From the NCBI GenBank assembly GCA_039794845.1, contig JAUQVK010000013.1, positions 380 through 64,074 of the forward strand: a stretch of DNA of 63,695 bases. The letters are read 5' to 3'. A program made the translations under genes and the position numbers. Under the pieces are notes generated by a model. It saw only the letters and a list, made by a program, of their open reading frames with translations, was not told where the DNA came from and did no database searches. The stretch is from Thermostichus sp. DRC_bins_24 (GTDB lineage Bacteria; Cyanobacteriota; Cyanobacteriia; Thermostichales; Thermostichaceae). The stretch's first letter is position 1; the number at the start of each line of letters is the position of its first letter. This document shows positions 20,208 through 29,053 of the stretch, piece after piece.

Positions 20208-22112
20208 ATGAAGCTCGCTCTCTTTGCCCCTACCCCACGGGGGCGCCAACTCGCCCATTGGCTGGGATCTCTGCTTGTTGCTAGGCAAGGTGCATGGCAC
20301 CACGGAGAGGAACTCATTTGCTGGAGCAAGGCCGACTTGCGCGGGGATCCCCTACCTCCCCCCTGGCAAGCCTACGCGGATCCCACCCAGCCCTCGGCAC
20401 CCGGATCCCTGTCGGAAGCCGTGGCCCAAACCTGGCGAAACGTACAGGGTTGCCTGTTTTTCTTGGCCACCGGCTCGGTCGTCCGGCTTATTGCCCCTCT
20501 GCTGCAGGATAAGCATCACGATCCTGCTGTGGTGGTGGTGGATGAATCGGGGCGCTGGGTAATCAGCCTATGTGGGGGACACTTGGGGGGAGCGGATGCG
20601 CTGGCCCGTCGAGTGGCTGCCGCTTTGGGGGTAGATCCGGTGCTCACCTCTGGTTCTGAAGGTTTGCAGATCCCACCCTTGGATCTATTGGGGGATCCCT
20701 ACGGGTGGCGGCGGGGTAAGGGCGATTGGAATGGGGTAGCAGCCGCTCTCAATCGAGGGGAGCCGGTGGGACTCCACCAGACCTGTGGCACGGAGCTGTG
20801 GCGGCGAGCTTGGCCGAGGGATCACCCCCTGTTTACAACCCCTCTTTCAGCAGCAATGGCCCAAATCAGCATCACTGAATATACAGCTCCCTCAACCGGG
20901 ATCCCAACGGTGAACTGGCATCCGCGGGTGCTTTGGGTGGGAATTGGCTGTGAGCGGGGCACCACCCGAACTTGGCTGGAGGGATCCCTGCAGCGCCTGT
21001 TGCAAGCCCAAGGATTGGCTCCAGAAGCGGTTGCCGGTTTGGCCACATTGGCCCTGAAGCAAGATGAGGCGGGCCTTCTGGAACTGGCCCAAGCTCATGA
21101 TTGGCCCATTCAATTTTTCTCTGCCGAGGCCCTGTTGGGGATCCCGGTGCCCCACCCTTCCGAAGCGGTTCGCCATGCAGTGGGGACCCCTTCGGTTGCA
21201 GAAGCGGCTGCTCTGTTGGCTGCCCAAGACAGTTCGCCCACAAAAAGGCCTGATCTGCCCGCTACCTTAATCTGTCCCAAACAGGTCTTCACCTCTCCTT
21301 CGGAGGGCGCCTGTACCCTGGCGATTGCCCGCGCCCCCCAAGAATATTGCCCCCACCCCGGACACCTGTGGCTCATCGGCACCGGCCCTGGGGATCCGGC
21401 TCAACTGACTCTGGCGGCCCGCACGGCCCTGACCCAAGCCGATGCGGTCATCGGCTACCAGCTCTATCTGGACTTGATCGAGCCCCTTTTGCATCCCGGC
21501 CAAATTCGGGATCCCTCGCCGATTACTCAGGAAATCCGGCGGGCCGAACGGGCGATTGCCTGGGCACAGCAGGGGTTGAGGGTGGCGGTCATTTCTTCGG
21601 GAGATGCCGGGATCTACGGCATGGCGGGACTGGTGTTGGAGTGTTTGGCTCAAGCCGGATGGGATGGGATCCGTCCATCTCTAGAAGTGTTGCCGGGGAT
21701 TTCAGCGCTTCAGGCTGCTGCCGCCCAGTTGGGATCCCCTCTCATGCACGATTTTTGCGCCATTTCCTTATCCGATCTGCTCACCCCTTGGCCGGTGATC
21801 GAAAAACGCCTTGAGGCTGCTGCTGCCGCCGACTTTGTGGTGGCTCTCTACAACCCCCGTTCTCGGCAGCGAGTGGATCCCTTGCTCAAGGCTTTACAGA
21901 TCTTTTTGCGGGCGCGCTCTGCCCATACTCCGGTGGCCTTGGCCCGCAACCTGTACCGCCCCGGACAAAAGATTCATCTCACCACGCTGATGGAGCTGGA
22001 TCCGGAACAGGTGGATATGTTGACCCTGGTGCTGATCGGCAACTCCCACACCTTCCGGCATGGCAATGCCTTGATAACCCCACGCGGCTATCGCCTGGGT
22101 GAACCATCCTAA
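20208..22112 (+). CDS. cobJ: CbiG-CobJ fusion (precorrin-3B C17-methyltransferase)
   Basis: DPAVVVVDE, GGHLGGAD, GIGCERG, SVAEAAA, then GTGPGD, SSGDAGIYGM, HDFCAISLSDLLTPW, TPRGY. Confidence 0.92.
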   Translation: MKLALFAPTPRGRQLAHWLGSLLVARQGAWHHGEELICWSKADLRGDPLPPPWQAYADPTQPSAPGSLSEAVAQTWRNVQGCLFFLATGSVVRLIAPLLQDKHHDPAVVVVDESGRWVISLCGGHLGGADALARRVAAALGVDPVLTSGSEGLQIPPLDLLGDPYGWRRGKGDWNGVAAALNRGEPVGLHQTCGTELWRRAWPRDHPLFTTPLSAAMAQISITEYTAPSTGIPTVNWHPRVLWVGIGCERGTTRTWLEGSLQRLLQAQGLAPEAVAGLATLALKQDEAGLLELAQAHDWPIQFFSAEALLGIPVPHPSEAVRHAVGTPSVAEAAALLAAQDSSPTKRPDLPATLICPKQVFTSPSEGACTLAIARAPQEYCPHPGHLWLIGTGPGDPAQLTLAARTALTQADAVIGYQLYLDLIEPLLHPGQIRDPSPITQEIRRAERAIAWAQQGLRVAVISSGDAGIYGMAGLVLECLAQAGWDGIRPSLEVLPGISALQAAAAQLGSPLMHDFCAISLSDLLTPWPVIEKRLEAAAAADFVVALYNPRSRQRVDPLLKALQIFLRARSAHTPVALARNLYRPGQKIHLTTLMELDPEQVDMLTLVLIGNSHTFRHGNALITPRGYRLGEPS

Positions 22113-22178
22113 AGAGTTGACCCTGCAATGGGAACAGTTTGATAGAGTAGTACGGCTGTGCGGCTGTGGCTGCCACAG

Positions 22179-22261
22179 GGGATCGTGGCGGAATGGTAGA
22201 CGCTACGGACTTAAAATCCGTTGTTCGCAAGAACGTGAGGGTTCGAGTCCCTCCGATCCCA
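22179..22261 (+). tRNA. trnL: tRNA-Leu(UAA), intron-less
   Basis: GGGATCG/CGATCCC acceptor stem, ACGGA-CTTAAAA-TCCGT anticodon arm, long variable arm, GGTTCGAGTCC. Confidence 0.95.
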
Positions 22262-22374
22262 TCACCGATGATCCCAGACCGACAATCACAATGGGATCCC
22301 CGCGATGATTGATCTGATCCGCACAGACCAGATGGTTTTGAACCCGTCCTATTTAACTTTAGCCTATTTAGCTT

Positions 22375-22482
22375 TACAGCCCTTACGCGGGTCTTCCAGG
22401 ACAGGGCTTGTGCTTCCTGGGCCATCCAGAGGTTAGAACTCAACTTCCATAGTTGTTACACATGACTAGCGAAAGGGCTGTA
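22375..22482 (+). mobile_element. MITE family A, short copy
   Basis: TA-CAGCCCTT...AAGGGCTG-TA ends; interior nearly identical to 41090-41260. Confidence 0.8.
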
Positions 22483-22674
22483 CTCGCCGGATATGAATCC
22501 GATTGAAATGAGGTGGTCTGTTATCAAATCATTTGTTCGATTATTTCCATGTCGGAGCAGAGATGAGATGAAAAAGCTGATAGAGATTGGACTATCTCTA
22601 GTTGAGCAGTCTGCATTTATCAATTGGATGACTAAGTGCTGTTACTGTACTAGTTAATTAGCGAAAGCGCTGTA
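22481..22674 (+). pseudogene. IS630-family transposase C-terminal remnant with right end
   Basis: Reads YSPDMNPIEMRWSVIKSFVR...FINWMTKCCYCTS* (stop 22655-22657), then TAGCGAAAGCGCTG-TA. Confidence 0.85.
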
Positions 22675-22783
22675 ACAACTGTAGAACTTGAGTCCACTCC
22701 CTAGAAGAATGGCCCTCCCGGCTCCGCGAAAGTGGGAGTAGGAAGCACAAGCCCTGCTGTAGAAAACCCGCGCAAGGGCTGTA
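22671..22783 (-). mobile_element. MITE family A, inverted partial copy
   Basis: Reverse complement begins TACAGCCCTTGCGCGGGTTTTCTACAGCAGGGCTTGTG, as at 58988. Confidence 0.8.
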
Positions 22784-23210
22784 GCTGCTACTCCACTACC
22801 AGGATCCGCCGCAGTGCTCCGACCTCGCGCGTAGCGAGATGTCCCATTGCAGTTAGGAGCTGGGGTAGCGGCGGGCAACCCCAGGGAGCACCGGCGGCAA
22901 TGTTAAGCTGAGCACGCACCATGACGACCCCTGCAGGATATCCATCCCATGCAGGATATCCATAACAGAACTAGACTCCGGGGGCAGAAACGTAACCGTA
23001 AGGTTTGCTGGTGCCTATTCAGCCTCTGCTTGAGTTTGTCCGCCCCTAGGGTAGACGTTAAACCCAATGGCCTGTGGAGAGGGTCTGGCGGGGGTAGCTC
23101 AGAATCGGTGTAGGCCGCAGGATGTGTGCAGCAGCAGAAACTCCTTGGGGTGACCCAAGGAATCTTCATCCCTATCGGCTAGCGATTGGGGGACATGGAC
23201 CGGATCAAGA

Positions 23211-23297
23211 CGGAAGGGGTGGGATTCGAACCCACGGTGACCTTGCAGCCACAACGCTTTTCGAGAGCGCCACAATCAACCACTCTGCCACCCTTCC
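23211..23297 (-). tRNA. trnS: tRNA-Ser(CGA)
   Basis: GGAAGGG/CCCTTCC stem, GCGCT-CTCGAAA-AGCGT anticodon arm, variable arm, GGTTCGAATCC. Confidence 0.95.
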
Positions 23298-23411
23298 TGG
23301 GTGAAATTTGGCTTTACCATCTTAGCGGCAAACGGGATGGCTTGCCCGTTCCCAGTTCTAGGGCTACGCCTTCTGCCCCCCACCGGCTCCAGTTGGTGAG
23401 ATCATGAAGCT

Positions 23412-24197
23412 ATGGCACCTCTCTCCATTCACCATTTCCGTCAGGCCAAACAAGCGGGGCGACCTCTGGTTGCCCTTACAGCTGCTGACTGTGTCATCGC
23501 TCAGATTTTGGATACAGCAGGGATCGACTTGATCTTGGTGGGAGATAGCTTGGCCATGACCAGCTTGGGCTACTCCAGTACCTTGCCTCTTACCCTCGAA
23601 GAAATGTTGCACCATGCTCAGGCGGTGCGCCGCGGGGTAGAACGGGCCTTTCTGGTGGCGGATCTGCCCTTCCTGACTTACCAAGTCCAGAAAGAACAAG
23701 CTCTGGTTTCGGCTGGGCGGCTGATGAAAGAGGCGGGGATGAACGGCGTCAAGCTAGAGGGGGGCTACCCCGACATGGCGGAGACGGTGGCCTTTTTGGT
23801 ACAACGCGGGATCCCGGTTTTGGGCCACATTGGCCTGACTCCCCAAGCCAAACATCAACTGGGGGGGTATCGTCAGCAGGGCAAAACGTCTTCAGAAGCC
23901 GAGCGCCTACAGCAGGAGGCCCAGAGCCTGGAACAAGCGGGGGCCTTTGCGTTGGTTTTGGAGCACATCCCCTGGGAACTCGCTGCCCGGATCACCGAAC
24001 AACTGCGCATCCCGACCTTGGGAATTGGCGCCGGGCCAGCCTGTGATGGGCAAATACTCGTTACCCACGACCTGCTGGGTTTAGGGGAGCGGATCCCACC
24101 CTTTGCCAAGGCCTACACCAACCTGCGGCAGGTGATCCGAGAAGCCGTGGAGGCCTTCATGGTTGATGTGCAAAAAAGAGCCTTCCCCCCCACCTGA
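23412..24197 (+). CDS. panB: 3-methyl-2-oxobutanoate hydroxymethyltransferase
   Basis: [35 protein letters not shown]. Confidence 0.96.
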   Translation: MAPLSIHHFRQAKQAGRPLVALTAADCVIAQILDTAGIDLILVGDSLAMTSLGYSSTLPLTLEEMLHHAQAVRRGVERAFLVADLPFLTYQVQKEQALVSAGRLMKEAGMNGVKLEGGYPDMAETVAFLVQRGIPVLGHIGLTPQAKHQLGGYRQQGKTSSEAERLQQEAQSLEQAGAFALVLEHIPWELAARITEQLRIPTLGIGAGPACDGQILVTHDLLGLGERIPPFAKAYTNLRQVIREAVEAFMVDVQKRAFPPT

Positions 24198-24210
24198 AGG
24201 GATCCTGCTC

Positions 24211-24444
24211 TTACGCCTTAAAATCCGGGCAATCGATGGCGGCCTCGGTCAGGGCTTGATGGGGGTGTACTGTGCATTTTAAGTAGGGATCCCCGCTGTA
24301 AAACCTGCAGTTGTGGCAGGGGATGCGGTGCATTTGCCGGGCTTGATGCAGAATGGCAGCAATCGCCCTGCCGATCGTCCACAGGGGCAAAAGCAGCAAC
24401 AGCCAGGCGATCATCATGCTCAAGGGAGGTGGAAGAGAAGTCAT
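24211..24444 (-). CDS. Small membrane-anchored Cys-rich cyanobacterial protein
   Basis: TM helix then HRIPCHNCRFY...LKCTVHP...AIDCPDF. Confidence 0.7.
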   Translation of the reverse strand: MTSLPPPLSMMIAWLLLLLPLWTIGRAIAAILHQARQMHRIPCHNCRFYSGDPYLKCTVHPHQALTEAAIDCPDFKA

Positions 24445-24774
24445 ATCAGCCCTCAGAGGCCAAAGGATTGAACAAGTGGACCAAGGGAAGTTCTCCTATC
24501 CCATGCCAAAACTTTAGTATTCGCAAGCCACCTTTTGGGGGGAGAAATAGTGGAAAAAATGAAGGTTTTTCGCGATGCGGATGAGCAACTGTTCTCGGTT
24601 ACAGGGCAACAACTGCCGCTGCACATAAAAACACATAAAAATGAGCATGCCAGGTGGCCATCGGCTGTCCACCCACCGCCAGCGTGGTTAAAGAGCGTAA
24701 AAAACAGAGGACGGGGATCCCGCCAGCCAACAGACGCTCTATCCCCATCCTCAGCCATGTCCGAGGGCAATCCC

Positions 24775-25812
24775 TCAAGAGGAGGTTGACCCTACTGCAT
24801 TCAAGGCTTGCTCCACCCGTTTGAAGTCAAAGCCCATCGCCCGCAGCGCGTGCCACAGGTGCCCCTGTAAGAAAAAGAAGGCCAAGAAAAAGTGAGCATT
24901 GGCCAACCAAGCACGGGCCGTATGAGCTCCCAAAGGTAGTTTGATGGTGTCAGCAAAGTAGGGTGCAATGCCCAGCTTCACCGTCAAAGGAGGGCCATAA
25001 AACTCTGGTGGATAAGCCAAGGTATTCACAGCACAGAAGTAGGCAGCCACAAACCCTGCCAAGGCAATTCCCCCCAACGAATAGGACAAAATGGCTTCCC
25101 CAGAGAAGATCAGCACCCGCTTGGCCCAGGGCAGTGGTGGGGTAACGATATGCCAAATACCGCCTGCCAACAAGAGGATCCCGACAAAGAGATGGCCCCC
25201 CACCAAGTCTTCTAGGCTGGTAATGCTGGCAAAGTGGGTTTGGTAGCCGTAGATCACCAAGGGATCCAAAGTCGGTTGGGCAACGGTGCGAACCACCTGC
25301 TGCGTTGAGTCGTAGAGCCCACCCCAGTACATGGCTTTGCCCACCAAGAGTAAAGCGCCCGCCCCGAGAAACAGCAGATGATGCCCGAGAATCATGCCCA
25401 ACTGGGCCGGATCATTCCACTCGAAGTGAAACCGCCTAGCCCTTCCCTCGGCTTCTTTGAGGTTCTCCGGCCCCTTGATGGTGTGAAAAAGTGCGCCTGC
25501 CCCCAGGACGGCACTAGAAATGAGATGCAACACCCCGATCACGAAGTAGGGGTAGGTATCCAAAATCTGGCCGCCTTCGCCGACGCCAAATCCTAACGTG
25601 GCCAAATGGGGCAGCAGAATCAATCCCTGTTCTCCCATCGGCAGCTCGGGATTGAAGCGCGAGATCTCAAAGAGGGTAAATGCCCCCGCCCAAAGGGTGG
25701 TCAAGGCCGCTTGGGCCACATGGGCGGCGATAAATAGCCCCGACAAGTTGGCAAAACGAGCATTGCCCGCGTACCACTCGTAGGTAACTTGAGGGTTGCC
25801 ATAGGTTTGCAT
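24775..25812 (-). CDS. isiA: Iron-stress chlorophyll-binding protein (CP43' family)
   Basis: [38 protein letters not shown]; 345 aa without the CP43 large loop. Confidence 0.9.
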   Translation of the reverse strand: MQTYGNPQVTYEWYAGNARFANLSGLFIAAHVAQAALTTLWAGAFTLFEISRFNPELPMGEQGLILLPHLATLGFGVGEGGQILDTYPYFVIGVLHLISSAVLGAGALFHTIKGPENLKEAEGRARRFHFEWNDPAQLGMILGHHLLFLGAGALLLVGKAMYWGGLYDSTQQVVRTVAQPTLDPLVIYGYQTHFASITSLEDLVGGHLFVGILLLAGGIWHIVTPPLPWAKRVLIFSGEAILSYSLGGIALAGFVAAYFCAVNTLAYPPEFYGPPLTVKLGIAPYFADTIKLPLGAHTARAWLANAHFFLAFFFLQGHLWHALRAMGFDFKRVEQALNAVGSTSS

Positions 25813-26012
25813 GCTTCCAGCTCCTAATAGTAAAGAGTCTCATTTTTAGGCTTCTTGTTTGTGCCTCGAAATTCAGTCTCTTGGCTTGCCAGGGCAACAC
25901 GAGAATTCGAGCCAACAAGGACGTTGCCTAGCAAATACAACAGTCAGACTTGCCCGGCAAGGAAGTAGTTGAGAACAAACTCAATAAACGAGCCTGAGAT
26001 AAGATACCCGCA

Positions 26013-26032
26013 TATGAGAATAAGTCGCAATA
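26013..26032. promoter_or_regulatory. Putative Fur box upstream of isiA
   Basis: TATGAGAATAAGTCGCAATA, an imperfect 7-1-7 palindrome about 200 bp upstream of the isiA start. Confidence 0.6.
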
Positions 26033-26176
26033 GATTGGTTGTGAAGTTTTGTTGAGACAGTAGGGGCCTGACAGCAGGGATCCCCCTCGAAACGCCTTGG
26101 CGAGCGACAGGGATCCGCCCTTCTGGAATGTTGCCCAGATTAAATTTCTCTAAAACGCAGGAAAATCTGCAAAACC

Positions 26177-26190
26177 GTAAGATACGATAC
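26177..26190. promoter_or_regulatory. NtcA binding site
   Basis: Perfect GTA-AGATACGA-TAC, 13 bp before the glutamine riboswitch. Confidence 0.7.
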
Positions 26191-26203
26191 AGACATAGGA
26201 TAA

Positions 26204-26285
26204 ATCGTTCATCTCTGCAGTCAGTTCACCCTTTGTCTGGGGCTGCGCAGAGACGGAAGTAGGGATTTCCCCGAAGGAACGCGCC
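26204..26285 (+). ncRNA. Glutamine riboswitch (glnA RNA motif)
   Basis: ATCGTTCATCTCTGC...GCAGAGACGGAAGTAGGG..CCCGAAGGAACGCGCC has the characteristic conserved ends. Confidence 0.88.
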
Positions 26286-26364
26286 TCAACCCAATCGCGC
26301 CATAGTTCTTGTGGCGCAATGCTCAACGACAACCTACTCAACCCTTCGTTGATGGAGGCGACTT

Positions 26365-26538
26365 ATGAAACTCTCTTTTCGTGGCAACGACTTCGACTAC
26401 GTCCCCGCACATGCTCAGCTGAGCGATGAAGAAGTGCAGGCTCAATATCGCGGCCAAACCCTGTTGATACATCACACCAGCAAAAAAGCGATGCCTCACC
26501 CCAATCAGCCTTTGATCTACCGGGGTGTGAATTACTAG
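26365..26538 (+). CDS. DUF4278-like small protein (57 aa)
   Basis: MKLSFRGNDFDY...QYRGQ...LIYRGVNY with repeated YRG; GGAGG RBS; absent from the ORF track. Confidence 0.85.
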   Translation: MKLSFRGNDFDYVPAHAQLSDEEVQAQYRGQTLLIHHTSKKAMPHPNQPLIYRGVNY

Positions 26539-26583
26539 AGCAAGCAGTTACCAACATCCTTGCTCTTCTGAGCTAGAGAGCTG

Positions 26584-26609
26584 GCGGCCCCCTGTGGGGT
26601 CGTTTTTTT
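26584..26609 (+). terminator. Rho-independent terminator
   Basis: GCGGCCCC-ctgt-GGGGTCGT followed by a T-run. Confidence 0.75.
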
Positions 26610-26636
26610 GGGAGCCGAGAAGCAATCCCCAGGGGA

Positions 26637-27170
26637 TTAGCCTTGCCAGTTCAAATCCTCAAGATCAATCTCTTCATCCACCAGCTCCTCACCTTTGCTA
26701 CACACGGTGTTGGAAAGGGAGTGGGTCAAGGGGCGCGGCTTGGTAATAAAAGGGGACTCGGTGATGCGTTGAGGAGCCAGCCCCTTCAGGAAGAAATCTA
26801 CCGTTGTTTTTTTCAGCCAGCCGTTTAAGACGATCACTGCGCCGATGCGCATGCCGTTGATGCGTTGTTCTCGGATCGCCTGCTCCACCTGCGCGGGGGT
26901 GAGCAAACCCGCGGCCTGCAAGCATTCTCCCAAGGGCATTTTGTCCTGTCGACTCAGCAAGGCCGGCCACTGTTCGACCAAAAAATCCACGGTTTCTTGC
27001 TTAATCCAACCACGGGTAACCAAAATTTCGCCGAACCGTACCCCGCAGTAAGACTGGTCTTGGAGGGCAACCTGAACTTGAGCTTCCGTAAGCAACCCTG
27101 CTTGCACCAGTACCTGGCCGATCAGCTCTGCGGAGGGTTTCTCAGAGGTCGTCGGAGGGCCAAAAGTCAT
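26637..27170 (-). CDS. Standalone protein with tandem MshEN-like motifs
   Basis: LIGQVLVQAGLL...ALQDQ / RFGEILVTRGWI / PLGECLQAAGLL...AIREQ / RIGAVIVLNGWL. Confidence 0.7.
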   Translation of the reverse strand: MTFGPPTTSEKPSAELIGQVLVQAGLLTEAQVQVALQDQSYCGVRFGEILVTRGWIKQETVDFLVEQWPALLSRQDKMPLGECLQAAGLLTPAQVEQAIREQRINGMRIGAVIVLNGWLKKTTVDFFLKGLAPQRITESPFITKPRPLTHSLSNTVCSKGEELVDEEIDLEDLNWQG

Positions 27171-27424
27171 AGGCCTACTCCTTGATGTTCTTAAACGTGA
27201 AAAATAAATATGGAGAACATCATAACCAAGCACTCCCAAGTTGAGTGCGGATTAGCATCAACATTCTTGAATTGGACTTGAATTGGGTGGATCCGGTGGA
27301 TTCAACTGCTCCTGTCAGTCTGGCACAGCAGTTCGGGGTCGGCTTGACCCAGGGTCGGGGTGCAGCTTGACCGGGATTCGGGTGATAATGGCTTTAGCAA
27401 TTTGCCCAACTGGAATCCTCTGTA

Positions 27425-27664
27425 ATGGAAGCGTTTTTCGAGTTTCTCTGGTCAGCTTCGGCTGTCTTATTGGTGATACTGGTACTGCTCCATAGCCCCA
27501 AAGGGGATGGGCTGGCAGGTATTGGCGGGCAGGCACAACTGTTCTCGAGCTCCAAAAGTGCCGAACAAAACCTGAACCGCATCACCTGGACGGTTGCCAC
27601 CCTCTTCCTCTCCATCAGTGTGGTGTTGGGGGCTGGCTGGCTCTCGGCGGCCACAGGCCGATAG
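27425..27664 (+). CDS. secG: Preprotein translocase SecG
   Basis: VLLHSPKGDGLAGIGG...SAEQNLNRITW. Confidence 0.93.
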   Translation: MEAFFEFLWSASAVLLVILVLLHSPKGDGLAGIGGQAQLFSSSKSAEQNLNRITWTVATLFLSISVVLGAGWLSAATGR

Positions 27665-27681
27665 AAGAGGCTCGTCCCTTC

Positions 27682-28347
27682 GTGGCGGTGATCTACCTGC
27701 ATGGGTTCGGCTCTGGGCCGAAATCTGCCAAGGCAATGTTTTTTCGGCAGCGGCTACAACAGGCAGGGATCCCCCTGCAGGTGCCGGATCTGAACCAGGG
27801 CAATTTTGCTCAGCTCACCCTAACTCGCCAGATCCGGCAGGTGTCTGCTCAGTTGGCGCAGATGGCTCATCCCCCCGTCACCCTCATTGGCTCCAGCCTG
27901 GGGGGTCTGGTGGCGGCTTGGGTGGCCGAACAACAGACCTGTGTGCAGCGCTTGGTGCTCTTGGCTCCGGCGTTTGGCTTTTTGAGCCACTGGTTGCCGC
28001 GACTGGGGGCAGAGGCCGTAGAAATCTGGCAACAGACCGGGCAACTGTCGGTGTTTCACTACGGAGAGGGTCGGCCACTGCCTTTGGAGTACGGTTTTGT
28101 CACCGATGCTCAGCGCTACCCCGATGGAGCGTTACAGCGGCCTGTGCCCACCCTGATTTTGCACGGGATCCATGACGAAACCATTCCGATTCAGGCCAGC
28201 CGAGATTATGTGGCGCATCGGCCCTGGGCTCAGCTGATGCCTTTGGAAAGTGACCATGCTTTGGCGAATGTGTTGGAGCCGATTTGGCAAGCCAGCAGCC
28301 GCTTCTGTGGATGGTTCGACGCCCCCCGTGAGACGGTGCAGAATTAA
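27682..28347 (+). CDS. YqiA/YcfP-family alpha/beta hydrolase
   Basis: YLHGFGSGPKSAKA, GSSLGG, HGIHDE, SDH. Confidence 0.88.
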   Translation: MAVIYLHGFGSGPKSAKAMFFRQRLQQAGIPLQVPDLNQGNFAQLTLTRQIRQVSAQLAQMAHPPVTLIGSSLGGLVAAWVAEQQTCVQRLVLLAPAFGFLSHWLPRLGAEAVEIWQQTGQLSVFHYGEGRPLPLEYGFVTDAQRYPDGALQRPVPTLILHGIHDETIPIQASRDYVAHRPWAQLMPLESDHALANVLEPIWQASSRFCGWFDAPRETVQN

Positions 28348-28374
28348 TTGAGCGGGATCCCTATCACAACCCCC

Positions 28375-29049
28375 ATGCAATCTTTTGTCGGCCTCTTCTT
28401 CGATATGGATGGGGTGATCGTCAACTCCGAGCCGATCCATGCCCAAGCGGGAGCCATTGCCCTACAGCAGTGCAATCTTTCGATAGATCTAGACCCCATT
28501 TCCCTCCGGTTCAAGGGCCGCACCGACTGGGATATGTTCGAGTACATCGTCGAGCAGTTCAGCCCGGTGAGTGAACAGAACCGCCATGTCGAAGTTCAAC
28601 GGTTGATTGACGCCAAAGCCACTGCATTTCACGAGCTTTTGGAAAAAGTTCCTCTGGTGCCGGGGGTGCTGGAGTTTTTGGCAGCCAGCCGCCAACGGTT
28701 TCCCATCCTGGCCCTAACCACCTCCGCTACCCGTCAGGATCAAGAACAGATTTTCAACCGCTTTGACCTGCACCGCTGGTTTGATGGGGTGATCACGGCC
28801 GAGGATATTCAACGGGCCAAACCCGACCCCGAACCCTATGTGAAAACCGCCACCCTGTTGGGCGTGGATCCGACCCTGTGTTTGGTGATCGAGGATTCCA
28901 CCCATGGGATCCGCTCCGCCAAGGAGGCCGGATGTTTTGCGGTGGGCCTCACCACCTCCTTTGTCCCGGCAGAGTTGCACCAGGCAGGGGCCGATGCGGT
29001 GGTGGAGAGCTTTGCAGAATTGGCAGAACTGCTGGACTTGCCATTGTGA
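28375..29049 (+). CDS. HAD-family phosphatase
   Basis: FDMDGVIVNS, KPDPEPY, IEDSTHG. Confidence 0.9.
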   Translation: MQSFVGLFFDMDGVIVNSEPIHAQAGAIALQQCNLSIDLDPISLRFKGRTDWDMFEYIVEQFSPVSEQNRHVEVQRLIDAKATAFHELLEKVPLVPGVLEFLAASRQRFPILALTTSATRQDQEQIFNRFDLHRWFDGVITAEDIQRAKPDPEPYVKTATLLGVDPTLCLVIEDSTHGIRSAKEAGCFAVGLTTSFVPAELHQAGADAVVESFAELAELLDLPL

Positions 29050-29053
29050 GGGG

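Noticed and set aside
24445..24774. Short ORFs between the Cys-rich gene and isiA (possible isiB remnant)
   Set aside because: No flavodoxin motif or other family signal found.
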